This document shows positions 51,253 through 62,783 of a DNA stretch of 64,000 nt, in pieces; within the stretch, counting starts at the first letter, position 1; each line of letters opens with the position of its first letter. The stretch is from Nemertoderma westbladi. Its lineage: Eukaryota; Animalia; Xenacoelomorpha. Where the stretch lies: positions 7,460-71,459 of the forward strand of contig JAUCBJ010009049.1 in the NCBI GenBank assembly GCA_032718475.1. The letters run 5' to 3'. The notes beneath the pieces were generated by a model. The model was not told where the DNA came from. It saw only the letters and a program-made list of their open reading frames with translations, and did no database searches. A program made the position numbers and the translations under genes.

Positions 51253-54200
51253 ATGACTGAGTTGATAGAAGATGATCTTGGTATTAGGGAGCGATATACT
51301 CTACCTTTACAAGCGTTTGTCGATAGCTTGATACGCGGCGACGCTGATCCAACTACTACGGAGGACGATGGTCGTTATATCGAACCGCCAATGTCCCAGG
51401 AGCAACTTACGCGGGAATAGGATTATAGAAGGTTCACCGCTCGCTATACGCGTCGTAATGGTACGTATATGGACTTCTTAACTACTGGTCATCCTATCGA
51501 TTTACACGATACAGACGATATAGACACCGAAAGGGAAATGGTTTTATTTAAATATCATACCCAGCGGAGTCGAAACGATAAATCAAGAATAGAACACGAG
51601 AACTCTATTCGAAATAGACTCGAGAGGGAAGACGTTGAAGAACCGGATAAACGTAGCGACTTTAACGATTATCTAGAATTCCTGAGAGAGACCTATCTCA
51701 ATATTGCCAGCCAACAAAACCTCGAAACTCGATATCCTCAAGGTATACATCCAGATCCTATGATGGAACTCAAACGGCTCTATTTTACGATGATGTATCT
51801 TACCGCCGATCGACCGCTACCTGTCGTTCCAGATAGCTTCGAACAGATGGAGGAATATTGTAAAACTGGAGAGCGATCACCCGCGTTTCCCCTTCAAGAC
51901 GTGCGTCTTTGGTATTACTGCGACGAATGCCCTAGACCTAATCAGCAAATCGAAAGGCATAAACATCCGCGGAGACGTTGCGCTAAACACAGTTTTACGC
52001 GATATACTTATGGGAGTTTCGAGCGAAACCTTTTCGATGTATCACCTACGGTCGCACGCCTTAAACGATCTTTGAATAAACCCATGATCAGAGTTCCGGA
52101 ATACTTGGTCAAACCTCCTCATTCCCAAGTGAGACCTCAAACTTTCGATCCTAATAGTATTACGGATCCTCCCGAACTGTACTCACTGTTCAAAGATCTA
52201 GTGTTACCCGAACAGTTGATTGGTGGCACTCCGGTAGTGGGTTCGTTAGATATTCGCCAACCCTACCTAGCTGGACTAGGACGCGGTCATCTAATATCAC
52301 CGTTTAACCCATACAACCGTCCTGGCCTCCCTCCGATCCAACCTGTTGCGGAAGTCGAAGAGAGCGTGATACGAAATGCATTGGACGCTATTCGGCAGAA
52401 AATCGGAAAGGGAACTTACAATTGCTTGGAAAAACGTAAATTGCAACAACAAGTCCAAGCAGTGAAAGAACTAGCTTTACCCCAGTTTGATAGAGAAATA
52501 CAAAATCTAGAGGAGGACATCGAACGTGGACGCACCTACTCTTTACAGAAATTCCTGGACGAGCGCTTGCAACAACAAGCGGAGGAAAATCAGCTTGAGG
52601 AGAGACATATAGAACTGAATGAGAGGGAAGAAGCAGCTTTAGCCCAGCCAGAAGCTCAAATTCTCATGACGGATCTCTATTCTAAAACGATCCTCCACCC
52701 CTCGATGGTTCCTCATTTCAGAGACAAGCTCTTTGCTACGGTACAGCCTCAACCGGTTAATACCGATCTTAGATCTCAAGAGCTTATTGCGGACGCTCCC
52801 ATGTTACAACGTCCACCCATCGAAGCCGCTCGTGTCGATGGTGTACTCGTTGAACCTCCGTACAATAGAGCGGATCTTGTCTGTCGCATGGTGCACGATG
52901 TTAACATACGCGCTAGACCTTTACCGGACTCATTTTATGGAATTAAGGATCACCCTTATTACGTCAACTTAACACAATATTACATGGTAAAACCGGAAGA
53001 TCCTATGCATAGTCTGAGGTTTCTACCATTAATAAATCCTCTCGATCTTGTCGAACTCAAACAACTGCAGAAACATCTGGATCAGTTAGTTAAAATAAAC
53101 TCATTTCGAAAACCGTATAATATTTCTAGAATAGAGAAATAAATAATACCTCCGTATAATCTTGATGGATTCATTAAAACTCGATTAGTGCACTGGAATC
53201 TTGACGTGTTATTCGAGGAGGAAAGAATAAAACGATATGGAGATGTGGAAACCTATACTACACAATGCTTAAAGTATAGAGACTTACCCAATGCTAGCGA
53301 ATGCGCTACTTTGTGACATCCAGTGGGAATGACTCTCGAAAACGCCACTAAGGAATGGAACGAGACTCTTAACGTTATCGAGATGTATGGCGTTGTTACT
53401 TATGACAACGAAGGTAGCGTTCCAGCTGGAGAACTAGGAACTACGCAAATGATACACATACGAGGACTCGCTGGTTCTACCCACGTATTCACGCGAGCGT
53501 GTTCCGACGTGATTGATTATTCTTTTGAAACTCTTACAGAGACACAAAAGAAACTCCGACATGGACAATTCGAGCTCGCGCAGCGTTATGTCAACAACAC
53601 TGAGCGCAAACCAGCCATGGGTATCGATGGATCAATGTTACCTCAACCCGTACTCGAAATGTTGTTTAACGAAAGAATCCTGAAAATCGGCTCAGCTGTT
53701 TATGGAGATCTCCAAAACGACTTTCGGAATATGGAAAACATTCCATACCCTTTCGTTGATACTCAGCTGATTGCTCCTTGGGCCAAAGGCCGAGGTTTCT
53801 TTCGCACGATGTATGCCAATACACCCAGCGGCATTACTAAAGTACAACGGACCTCCATCGGACATCTTGCCTTTCAAGAATATGGATGGAATTTCAAAGT
53901 TGGAAATCCTATCAATTACCAGCAAGTATATGGAGATCATTACTCTCGTTTGTATTTTGATGGACCATTAACTGCGCCTGGTGCCGTAAATAGCTTTATG
54001 AGTGTTCCACTTCGCCCTTCCTTAGCTATATACACGATCTTTGAGAACGCAGCACTTGCCGGTTGGCTAGTCGATGTGTGCAGTCGTACCATACGCGCCC
54101 ATCCATTAATACTTGGAACCAAACTCGCCAAATTTATACGTTTCGAATGTTTCCGGCGCTTTCTGACTCCGTTCCGTAACGTCAATAGTCAGTTCAAGGA

Positions 54201-55496
54201 CCGCGCGCTGACCAAACTCAGTCTGAGAGACTCAGCTGCGGAGAAACTGAGTAGCGCTGGATTTGCCATTTTTCAAGACGTTTGTATACAGAACTTACAT
54301 TCATCTGTTATACAAAGACCCCGAATACCTACAGGTTATTCTGTCGTAGAAGTCCAGACAGTGGGTCCACTTACTGAGACAGACGCTCCCACATCAACTA
54401 TGCAGTTGGAGGATGAGCCAGTATGCTTGGAATCAGAAGCGATTCAGCCTACAGCTTCCCGGAGCAGCAATAATGATTACGTCTTAGAGTGGTATCAAGG
54501 TCCACAACGTCTCACAGCGTACGATTATCGACACGCGAACTATGTTTCTCGAAAACGTTGTCGATTATGCGCATCGAGAGACCACTTCACCCCTCTAGAC
54601 TCAGACGTACCCTGCTCCTATTTCCTCGAACAACTGATGATGGAAATATATTGTGCGTATTGCAGACTTAATAACTCTCATATTTTTGACGTCTGCCCAC
54701 AATTTATGACTCAATGTCACTACTGTCAACTTAAAGGACATGACAGTTACAATTGTCCCTTTAATCGCGATTTAGAGAGCGTAGACGAGATGATCACATT
54801 GCGATACATCCGAGCTTGGGAAGCGAACGCGGATTTACATTGCGAATCCCGACATCGCTATTACCCTGGATGCGCTTACGAGGGAGTTTACGCGTTCCAT
54901 CCTTATCTATTCGCGTCGATTGAACAGAAAACACGCGTACCGAGTTATGAGTTGATGAAGCGTGTTGGTGAATGTATTTCCACCAAGTTTGTTAGAAAAT
55001 ACCTTAGAAACGTTAACCCTAATGATATAACCTCATATCACTTGATCAATTTTATCCGTCAAGACCCTGAGTATGGCGATATCTTTGTGAACTCGCACCC
55101 TGAACTACAGGAAGTATCTCGGCGACCCTATGAATATTGAACCCGAGAACGCGAGCTGGAGAGAACCATTAAACCGAGAAAGTTTCTCACCACTCACGGT
55201 CCTCCCACCACTAGTGTCCAGACAGGCCGCGTCAGGTCCCGTCAGGGACCCGTGGGAGCTGCTGTCCTGAGACGCGCTCTAAAGGCTGTTAGACCTCGCT
55301 GAGGTTGATTTCAATCAACCAGGTACTTCGACGGGTGGGTATACCGATCGTAACCCTACACCTTCTGATGCAATTATATTGCACCCTTCGCCTAGGAGCT
55401 ACAGCCCTCCTAGTAAAGTGGCTCGCCCCAAAGAGAAAAGGACTCTTGCTAGCCTAAAGAAACTGCATAAACGCCGTCCGCGTAAGAAAGACTAAC
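51253..55496 (+). pseudogene. A2 ORF3 (~1400 codons): zinc finger, DEDDy exonuclease, triple zinc knuckle, basic tail
   Basis: ATG 51253, ORF 51469-53142 and ORF 53323-55140 share one frame, separated by nonsense codons. Exonuclease motifs lie at ~53390-54110 and knuckles at ~54558-54760. A C-terminal LKKLHKRRPRKKD* ends at 55496 after further disruption. Confidence 0.82.
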
Positions 55497-55565
55497 TGTT
55501 TAGAGTATCTTTATGTTTTAGAAACTGTGATTTTTATATTTTATAGACTGAAAATCCCATTTTCT

Positions 55566-55573
55566 GGGAGCGG
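55566..55573 (+). promoter_or_regulatory. Polypurine tract of A2 (GGGAGCGG)
   Basis: Immediately 5' of the 3' LTR. Confidence 0.65.
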
Positions 55574-56785
55574 TATTAAAGCTTTTGCGGAATTGCCCGG
55601 TTATTTTCCTTATTTTTTCCGTAAAATACTCTGTAGTTGGTTTAGTAGGCGTAAGAGGCCTATTATTGCTGTATCGGTGTTTTTTAGAGGACCTAAGAGC
55701 TATTTCTTCCGTATGTGTACTTTGGAAGACATGGTTGGTGATTCTATGGCAATTCTGTGACGCAAAATGGCTAGATACTCTTGAACAGTAGTTACTATGA
55801 CGACGGTTAACAGCTGATATGCATACGTGTCGATTTTCTTTGTTCTACGGTGCCTCTTGGTTTAGTCAACCAATCAGAGCGTTTTTACTGCTCTTGTAGA
55901 GAAATTTCCTAGAAATCACGCAATGCATTATGGGCAATGTTTACATTCTGTCCTAAGCCAGGAAAGAACGGCTTTTGGAATATTTGTGCTTTTCTGCTTT
56001 TAGCCTAACACTAGTAGGCTTAATTATAAGGACATATATCCGTTATCGACTGGCAATACACACTGGTATCACTGGACTCAACCTGCATATATCTTATCGT
56101 ACATACTTTTATATTGATATACTGCTATTTACTGTCGGTTCTTCATTATATGGTTGATGAAATATTATATTGGAATAACGAGAAATAATCCCGAAACCCC
56201 AATATTCTTGATATACCGAAGGTAAGAGAGACCGGTTACATATAACGATTGCGATTTATGTTAAAGTGGTTTGAAGTGAATCTAATGTTATTCGATAGAC
56301 CCTACATGAGTCGGTCTGTGTTCCTTTTATATGTGACTAAAATCAGTGAAGATCGGCAGATTAGTGTGCAGTATTGTGCAGCATTGTGTATGAGTGAGAC
56401 TGATAACGAAGCATTTCCTAAAGAATGCGCCATATATGTGAATTATAACTAAGCCATATCGTTGCGTGTAGTTTAAGTCATAACTCTGTTTATATAGATA
56501 AAGCGCCACGTCCTAAAGGAACTGTTAATATTCCCCGAAGGTGAATAATATTGTCAGAGATTATATAATACGATCAGTCGAATAATACAGTAGGCTTACA
56601 TAGCAATAAGATTAAGCCGTCGAACTCAATCTCCCGGGTATATCCAGCGGGTGAATGATCGCGCACGGATTGGTTTCGACTAGTGTAGTGAATCAGATAC
56701 TTGTCAGAGGCTAAAAGCGATTTATTATCTAGAAGACATCCTAATTTGGCGGGTTAAACTGCCAAAGGTCTTAAAAGCGCGAACA
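55574..56785 (+). repeat. 3' LTR of A2 (1212 bp)
   Basis: TATTAAAGCTTTTGCGG...AAAAGCGCGAACA, followed by the TSD CCCTA. Confidence 0.95.
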
Positions 56786-57057
56786 CCCTATGTACCTTTT
56801 CAAGTACCGAAAAGTAACACCGCACACACACGGCGTAAAACAAATTGCTACAAACGAACTATTAGCTAGTCAAATGTTAAATACGAAACTACTAGCTACC
56901 CTAAAGCCTACTGAAGCAGGGTTCGTTCTACAAATTACTAAATTTTACTAAATTTTTAGAATTTTTTATTTTACAATAGCTAAACTATATTTATATATAT
57001 CTCACCTTAAAATGCGCACGCACTTCCGGTCGAGATATTTAAATAAATATGCGTTAC

Positions 57058-59439
57058 TGTTGTGTCCCCTACGGTAAGGACTACCCGACAGCCTACAAAT
57101 CTACTAATCAAGCTATAGGATATCTCTAACCGTAGAGTCCAGTAGTATACCGCTTACCAGATCCTAGTAACGATGTATCTTACTTTGAGACTCTAGTAAT
57201 GAAACGGGCTCGTACAGTATCTGACAACAAATCCCAGTCCAGGATATCTAAACAAACAGACACAATACACAAACTACTACTGGCGAGGAGCAGAGCCTGG
57301 TGTCTATTCTATGTACGCGAGCGGGTCTAATGCCTACGAACTAGACAGAAGGATACCTGTCCTCTAACCGGTATGGCAGATGTACAGTTACAGTAACAGA
57401 CCAAACTCACGGGAAAACAATCCCCGCGCAGCGAATCCTAACTATCGCTGACAGTCCTAAATACCGTAACTTGCCGCGGTGTGATTTATATGGTTTATAT
57501 ACAAGCTAGGTGGAACACAGCCCTAGCGTAACAATACTGATTACCCTTGTCTGAATCAGTCTAAGAATGGTCGTGCCTAAATGTAACAATAACTGATGCC
57601 CTGTACAAAATCAGTCTAAAAGGGTCGTGCCTAACGTACAATACTGCTGGGTAGAAAACAACAGTTTAATAACGAATAATGAAATACAGAAAATCCTCCC
57701 ATTTTGCCGTAACTAAATATCAGATCCTAATTCTACAAATACAGATAAATTCTGCCTAAATCTAAAGTGCGCTATCTAGTAGGAACTCTAAGGGTAAATA
57801 TGTTTTAGGGCGTGTGTGTATGGGTGTGTTACAAATAAAACAATTTTGGTGTACGTCGTTTCACTAGGTTTTAGTGATTTCCTGACTAAAATAGTACCGA
57901 GCGCTAGCTACTAAAATAAACTAGTCGCGTTTGTAGAACTTTATACTCACAAAATGACGTCAAAGCTCTCTCCTTCCTATCCACAACTCAACTGGGCAAC
58001 CACGGTGTTAGTAACTATACCCGTGATCGGCACAAATACAAGATTCTGGTTGTAAGATAAGAAATAGGGATTAATTGCTACCATAAGTTAGCTGATCTGG
58101 TATACAAATTTGATTCTAGAATTTTGTTGCTGCGGTAGTTAGCAGCAAATACCTATCAGTACGTGGCAAGGCGCGGTAGGATATTAATAAACCTCCCTAG
58201 GCCAAGCGGTGTGCCGGTAGCAGAAATGCTCCTTGCCTGATCAAATAACTAACTCCAGGAGGAAGGGGGGGGGGGGGTACTAATGTATGTTCACAAAGCG
58301 AACCGGTACCAAACAGTCAGTACTAACAAATCACTAAATTATGGAACGTATGCTGTCCGTACCTAATATGTACTTGCGTACTGACGAACGGCAATAGCTC
58401 ACGTTTGTACCTGTAACGCATACAGGTGTTCCAAGGGTTTGTAGGGCTGACAAGAAAAGGGGGAGGGGGGTTTTCTGCCTGAAATATAATTATTTGATCC
58501 TAAATTTTGCGGCGTCCCAGAACGGCATCACGCTCACCCTGATCTATAGGTCTTACGGCGGGCAAGGGCGTCGAACAAAGTCTTACCTTCCTCAAAAAGC
58601 GGGCGCTGCATGGCAAGTCGGAGTATTTCGAAGGGCAAAGGGGGTGTGCGGTCGAACTAATGTGGGCGCTAGCGTGTTGTGGACATCCCTTCCCTGCGTT
58701 GCTGACGGCCTAACTGTTTAGGCTGACATCCTCCCGATGTTTGGCAGTCCCGAAGTCGGACCAAAAGAAAACATGTTCAGGAGTTTGCAGTATATTTACA
58801 GTTTAGATTCGAGCAAAGATTATCTAACAGAGTTTCAACAAGAAACCAAAAACTAATAAAACTAAAAGAGTAACGTTAGGGATAAAGTATCCAGTCAAGA
58901 ATGATAGGTGATAACCGAAGGCAAACCAGCCCTTATATACTAAATATCGCACATGGAAACCAAACAGAATTTTCCACAGCTTCACAATTGAGCAATGAGA
59001 CGCTCTGTGCCCTATGATTGGCCCAGCTCATCGTTCAATGTTAACCGGCCCTTACACTAATCTGGGACACGGAATCCTAGCAGAAATTTCCATAGCCTCA
59101 CATTTGAGCAATAAGATAATTTATGCCCTATGATTGGCCTGGCTCATCTTTCGATACGTTGTACGCGTCTCATTGGTCCACCAATTTGCTCCAAATGAAA
59201 ATAAATGGCCCCAAAATACAAATTTCCCGACCGGGAATCAAACACGTAACTTATCTGTAAAGCAACCAACGCCTTAACCATCTGACCACTACGCCATGAG
59301 AGTAACTAGGGGCTTTATGTGTACAATATGAATAGGCAATATTACATTACTGTAACTTAATCAAAATGCGTCGGATTTTCGAAAGTTTTTACGTTAAAGT
59401 TAAACTACAAATGCTATCTTATAGTGAAATAATTCATCA
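57058..59439 (-). repeat. 5' LTR of B2 (2382 bp)
   Basis: Repeat of 21412-23795, followed by the TSD CTCTT and resumption of the minisatellite. Confidence 0.95.
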
Positions 59440-60262
59440 CTCTTTACTATCTCCCTAATGTCCGTCTCATTGTCGCTCATCGCTCTTTACTATCTCCCAA
59501 ATGTCTGTCTCGTTGTCGCTCATCGCTCTTTACTACCTCCCTTATGTCCATCTCGTTGTCGCTCATAGCTCTTTACTATCTCCCTAATGTCCGTCTCGTT
59601 GTCGCTCATTGCTCTTTACTATCTCCCGAATGTCTGTCTCGTTGTCGCTCATCGCTCTTTACTATCTCCCTAATGTCTGTCTCGTTATCGCTCATCGCTC
59701 TTTACTACCTCCCTAATGTCCGTCTCGTTGTCGCTCATCGCTCTTTTCTATCTCCCTAATGTCCGTCTTGTTGTCGCTCATCGCTCTTTACTATCTCCCT
59801 AATGTCTGTCTCGTTGACGCTCATCGCTCTTTACTATCTCCCTTATGTCCGTCTCGTTGTCGCTCATCGCTCTTTACTATCTCCCTTATGTCCATCTCGT
59901 TGTCGCTCATCGCTCTTTACTACCTCCCTAATCTCCGTCTCGTTGTCGCTCATCGCTCTTTACTATCTCCCTAATGTCTGTCTTGTTGTCGCTCATCGCT
60001 CTTTACTATCTTCCTTATGTCCGTCTCGTTGTCGCTCATTGCTCTTTACTATCTCCCTCATGTCCGTCTTGTTGTCGCTTATCGCTCTTTACTATCTCCC
60101 TTATGTCCGTCTCATTTTCGCTCATCGCTCTTTACTATCTCCCTAATGTCTGTCGCGTTGTCGCTCATTGCTCTTTACTATCTCCCTAATGTCCGTCTCG
60201 TTGTCGCTCATCGCTCTTTACTATCTCCCTAATGTCCTTCTCATTGTCGCTCATCGCTCTTT
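59440..60262 (+). repeat. 43-bp minisatellite, right arm (~19 units)
   Basis: Same unit as 20510-21411, in register across the TSD. Confidence 0.97.
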
Positions 60263-60925
60263 CAAATTTCAGGGCGTCAAAATCTGGAATGACCTTCCCG
60301 AAAATTGAAATATATATTTACAAAACTTTTAAAAAAATACCTTCTTGATACGCCTAATTCTTAAATACAATATTTATTTCTGATTATTTAGTGTTCCAGT
60401 TCAGTATTTTTCATTCGTATATGTCAGTCAGTATATGTCAATTCAGTTCAATTTATACGCCTAATAAGTATTTACGGTACATATATATACAGTATATACA
60501 CAGAATACATATATTTTGAATACAATTTGGTATCCTAAATTCACGGTGGTTTTTGTCTTCGTTTTTATTATTTTTTCTCTATTTGCCTTCTATGCAATTT
60601 CTGTTTCGTGTTGATTGAGTTTGCCTCCTTTGTACAGTAAGTTGTCTTATAGATTTAACTTTATGGGTCAGTATGTATAAATATTTTCACTAATTTTATA
60701 TGTTAAATTACTTATGGACGCGTCGCAGTCCAGCACACTATTTCGAGTATTTCCGTGATACCCACGAACTAGTGGCACAAGCTACTAAGTGGAGCTCACA
60801 CGAATTCGGATTCACACCATAAATATTGTAAATCTATCTATCTTGTGTTTGTTATTATGTTGGTGTTGGGTCTATCGCTCCTTATTATGTTGGAATGAAA
60901 TAAAATTAATCAATCAAACAAAACA
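60263..60925 (+). mobile_element. Older L2/Crack-like LINE: end of ORF2 and 3' UTR
   Basis: The last satellite unit reads into ...HRSFKFQGVKIWNDLP, a typical LINE ORF2 end. An AT-rich UTR ends AATAAAATTAATCAATCAAAC. The 3' boundary is approximate. Confidence 0.7.
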
Positions 60926-60927
60926 AT

Positions 60928-61250
60928 CTACACTTTTGGGTTGCCCAGAATTGCCCATAAACATCTCCAACTCGACTATGGCGTAGCGGGATTCTGTTTC
61001 GTTCACAAACCAACTACAGCATTCAACGAGACGCAAATCTTCGCCATGGAGTTGGAGTGTACCCAAGGCCATGATTCCGGGATGCATCTGTTTGGAGCTG
61101 AATTTTCTTAGTGGGGTCGAATGATGCTAGAATAGGCCACGAAATCAGTCCAGCTTTAGTCGCAATGAATGCGCGTTCGTGGTCTGGAGTCCATATAAAT
61201 GGAGACCTCGCGCTTAATAGGGACGCAGTGAAGTTAAATGTGACACAAAG
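60928..61250 (-). pseudogene. Ty3/Gypsy RT-connection/RNase H fragment
   Basis: Minus-strand translation FIWTPDHERAFIATKAGLISWPILASFDPTKKIQLQTDASRNHGLGY...ETESRYAIVELE, with frameshifts. Confidence 0.8.
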
Positions 61251-61865
61251 TCATGTGAGAAAGGGTCCAATTGTTCGACTAACCCAACAAAACTTCTTAA
61301 GTCTGTTATGTTAGTTGGACACGTTGTGGGGTCTTCGAGCAGCACGTGTTCAAATGTTCAATGAAAGCACCTGTACGTAGAGTATGTAAGCTACTATAAA
61401 GTAAAATACTTAAATTCAAGCTAACCAATTATAGCACAAACAAATTATAATAACTGAATAAAACATATGTAAATTTATTTTTATATATATATAGCTCAGG
61501 CTGGGTACGACCTCAAAAACTTTTGGAATTTAACCAAGGTTAAGCGCACTTCTTCAGCACCCCAACAGGTCTGTGCTGAAGACTGGTCCTCACATTTCAA
61601 CTCCCTACTAACCCGGGATGTCGACACAAAACTTCCTGATTTATCTAGCCAGCCAGTCCCGGTTCTGGATCGTCCATTCGAAGCAGTGGAGGTGACTTCT
61701 GCCATTCTTACATACATTGCATGTATACATTACATAATATTTTTTATGTAATTATTATCTGATACATAATTAAATTACGACTGATGACTTAAAATATTAT
61801 ATTATATATATCATATTATATATCTGCCTATTGTTTGTTCCTGGTGTCTGGTTTTCGACAGGACT

Positions 61866-62753
61866 ATGTCTTCTGCTACCCGTAATAAAGAGAAAGGCAC
61901 TAAGAATGATTGGACAAATGATACAGTATGTTGCACGGAATGTAAACTAATATGGACTGATATTCGCTATGTTAAGTCTTCAAACACCGTCGACTCATTA
62001 ATACGAGGAAATTTTCTATGTGGAATGTGCAGCGCCGACCTGATCTCTAAACTTAGCGAAGAAATTGCCCAACTTCGGGGAAAAACAACCAATATTGAAG
62101 ATCGATTAAACAACGATGATGAAACTTCGCAGGTGGACCCAGATAGCAATAAACATGAACCGATGGGTACAGGTACATGGGCTGTTATGGCTTCGCGTCG
62201 AGGTAAACGGACAGGGGTTTCAATTCCAGCATCCACGGCCAATATAGCTCATGAAGTCCGGGAGGAAGTCCGCCGTCAATCAGACCAAAAAGGTAATCTT
62301 GTCGTTTCGGGAATGGAATTTCACTCAGGTGCGGGTGGTTCAAACGAGAATGACACGGCTGCAATTATAGAACTGGCGCTCGATATCGGAGTAAATCTTT
62401 CTCCCGATAATCTTAAAGTAAGACGTATCGGGGGAGACTAGAGAAAGATTCGAGTAACAAAAAATAGTGATTCAAGTCAACCTACATCCGAGGATACTTC
62501 AGCTCCAAAAAAGATAATCGTGACTCTCAGTGCAGAGAAAAGACGCCAGTTACTTCGTGCATCAAAGGATCTGCGTGATTCATCGCGTTTTGGCTCAGTG
62601 TATATCAACCCAGACTACACTCCGGCCGAAGCGTCAGCTCAATATGAATTACGCATTCAACTAAGGAAAATGCGCTTAGAGCAGCCAAACAAACGTTGGG
62701 TAATCAGGCGCAACGGAGTGGTTGAGTTAAAAGGAAATACAGACGCGGCTTAG
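61866..62753 (+). pseudogene. LINE (CR1/L2 group) ORF1 with one in-frame stop at 62439
   Basis: PHD-like CTEC...FLCGMC, coiled coil, NLVVSGM, VYINPDYTPAE...ELR...WVIRRNGVV. ORFs 61866 and 62520 are in the same frame. Confidence 0.8.
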
Positions 62754-62783
62754 AACCATGATGTTGTGGAACAAGTCGATTGA

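Larger units (their letters stand above)
37952..56785 (+). mobile_element. Full-length BEL/Pao family A element (A2), 18,834 bp, nested antisense in the B2 5' UTR
   Basis: Paired LTRs. TSD CCCTA at 37947-37951 and 56786-56790. Gag-pol plus ORF3. Confidence 0.95.
21412..59439 (-). mobile_element. Full-length BEL/Pao family B element (B2), ~19.2 kb after removing nested A2
   Basis: Paired 2.38-kb LTRs. The 5-bp TSD CTCTT lies at 21407-21411 and 59440-59444. Gag-PR-RT-RH-IN order plus ORF3. Confidence 0.95.

Noticed and set aside
51253-55496. ORF3 as an envelope gene
   Set aside because: No signal peptide, no transmembrane helix and no fusion-protein cysteine pattern. It has nuclease and knuckle motifs instead.
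61496-61717. 73-aa minus-strand ORF as a possible host exon
   Set aside because: No recognisable domain or supporting gene structure. It lies between TE fragments.
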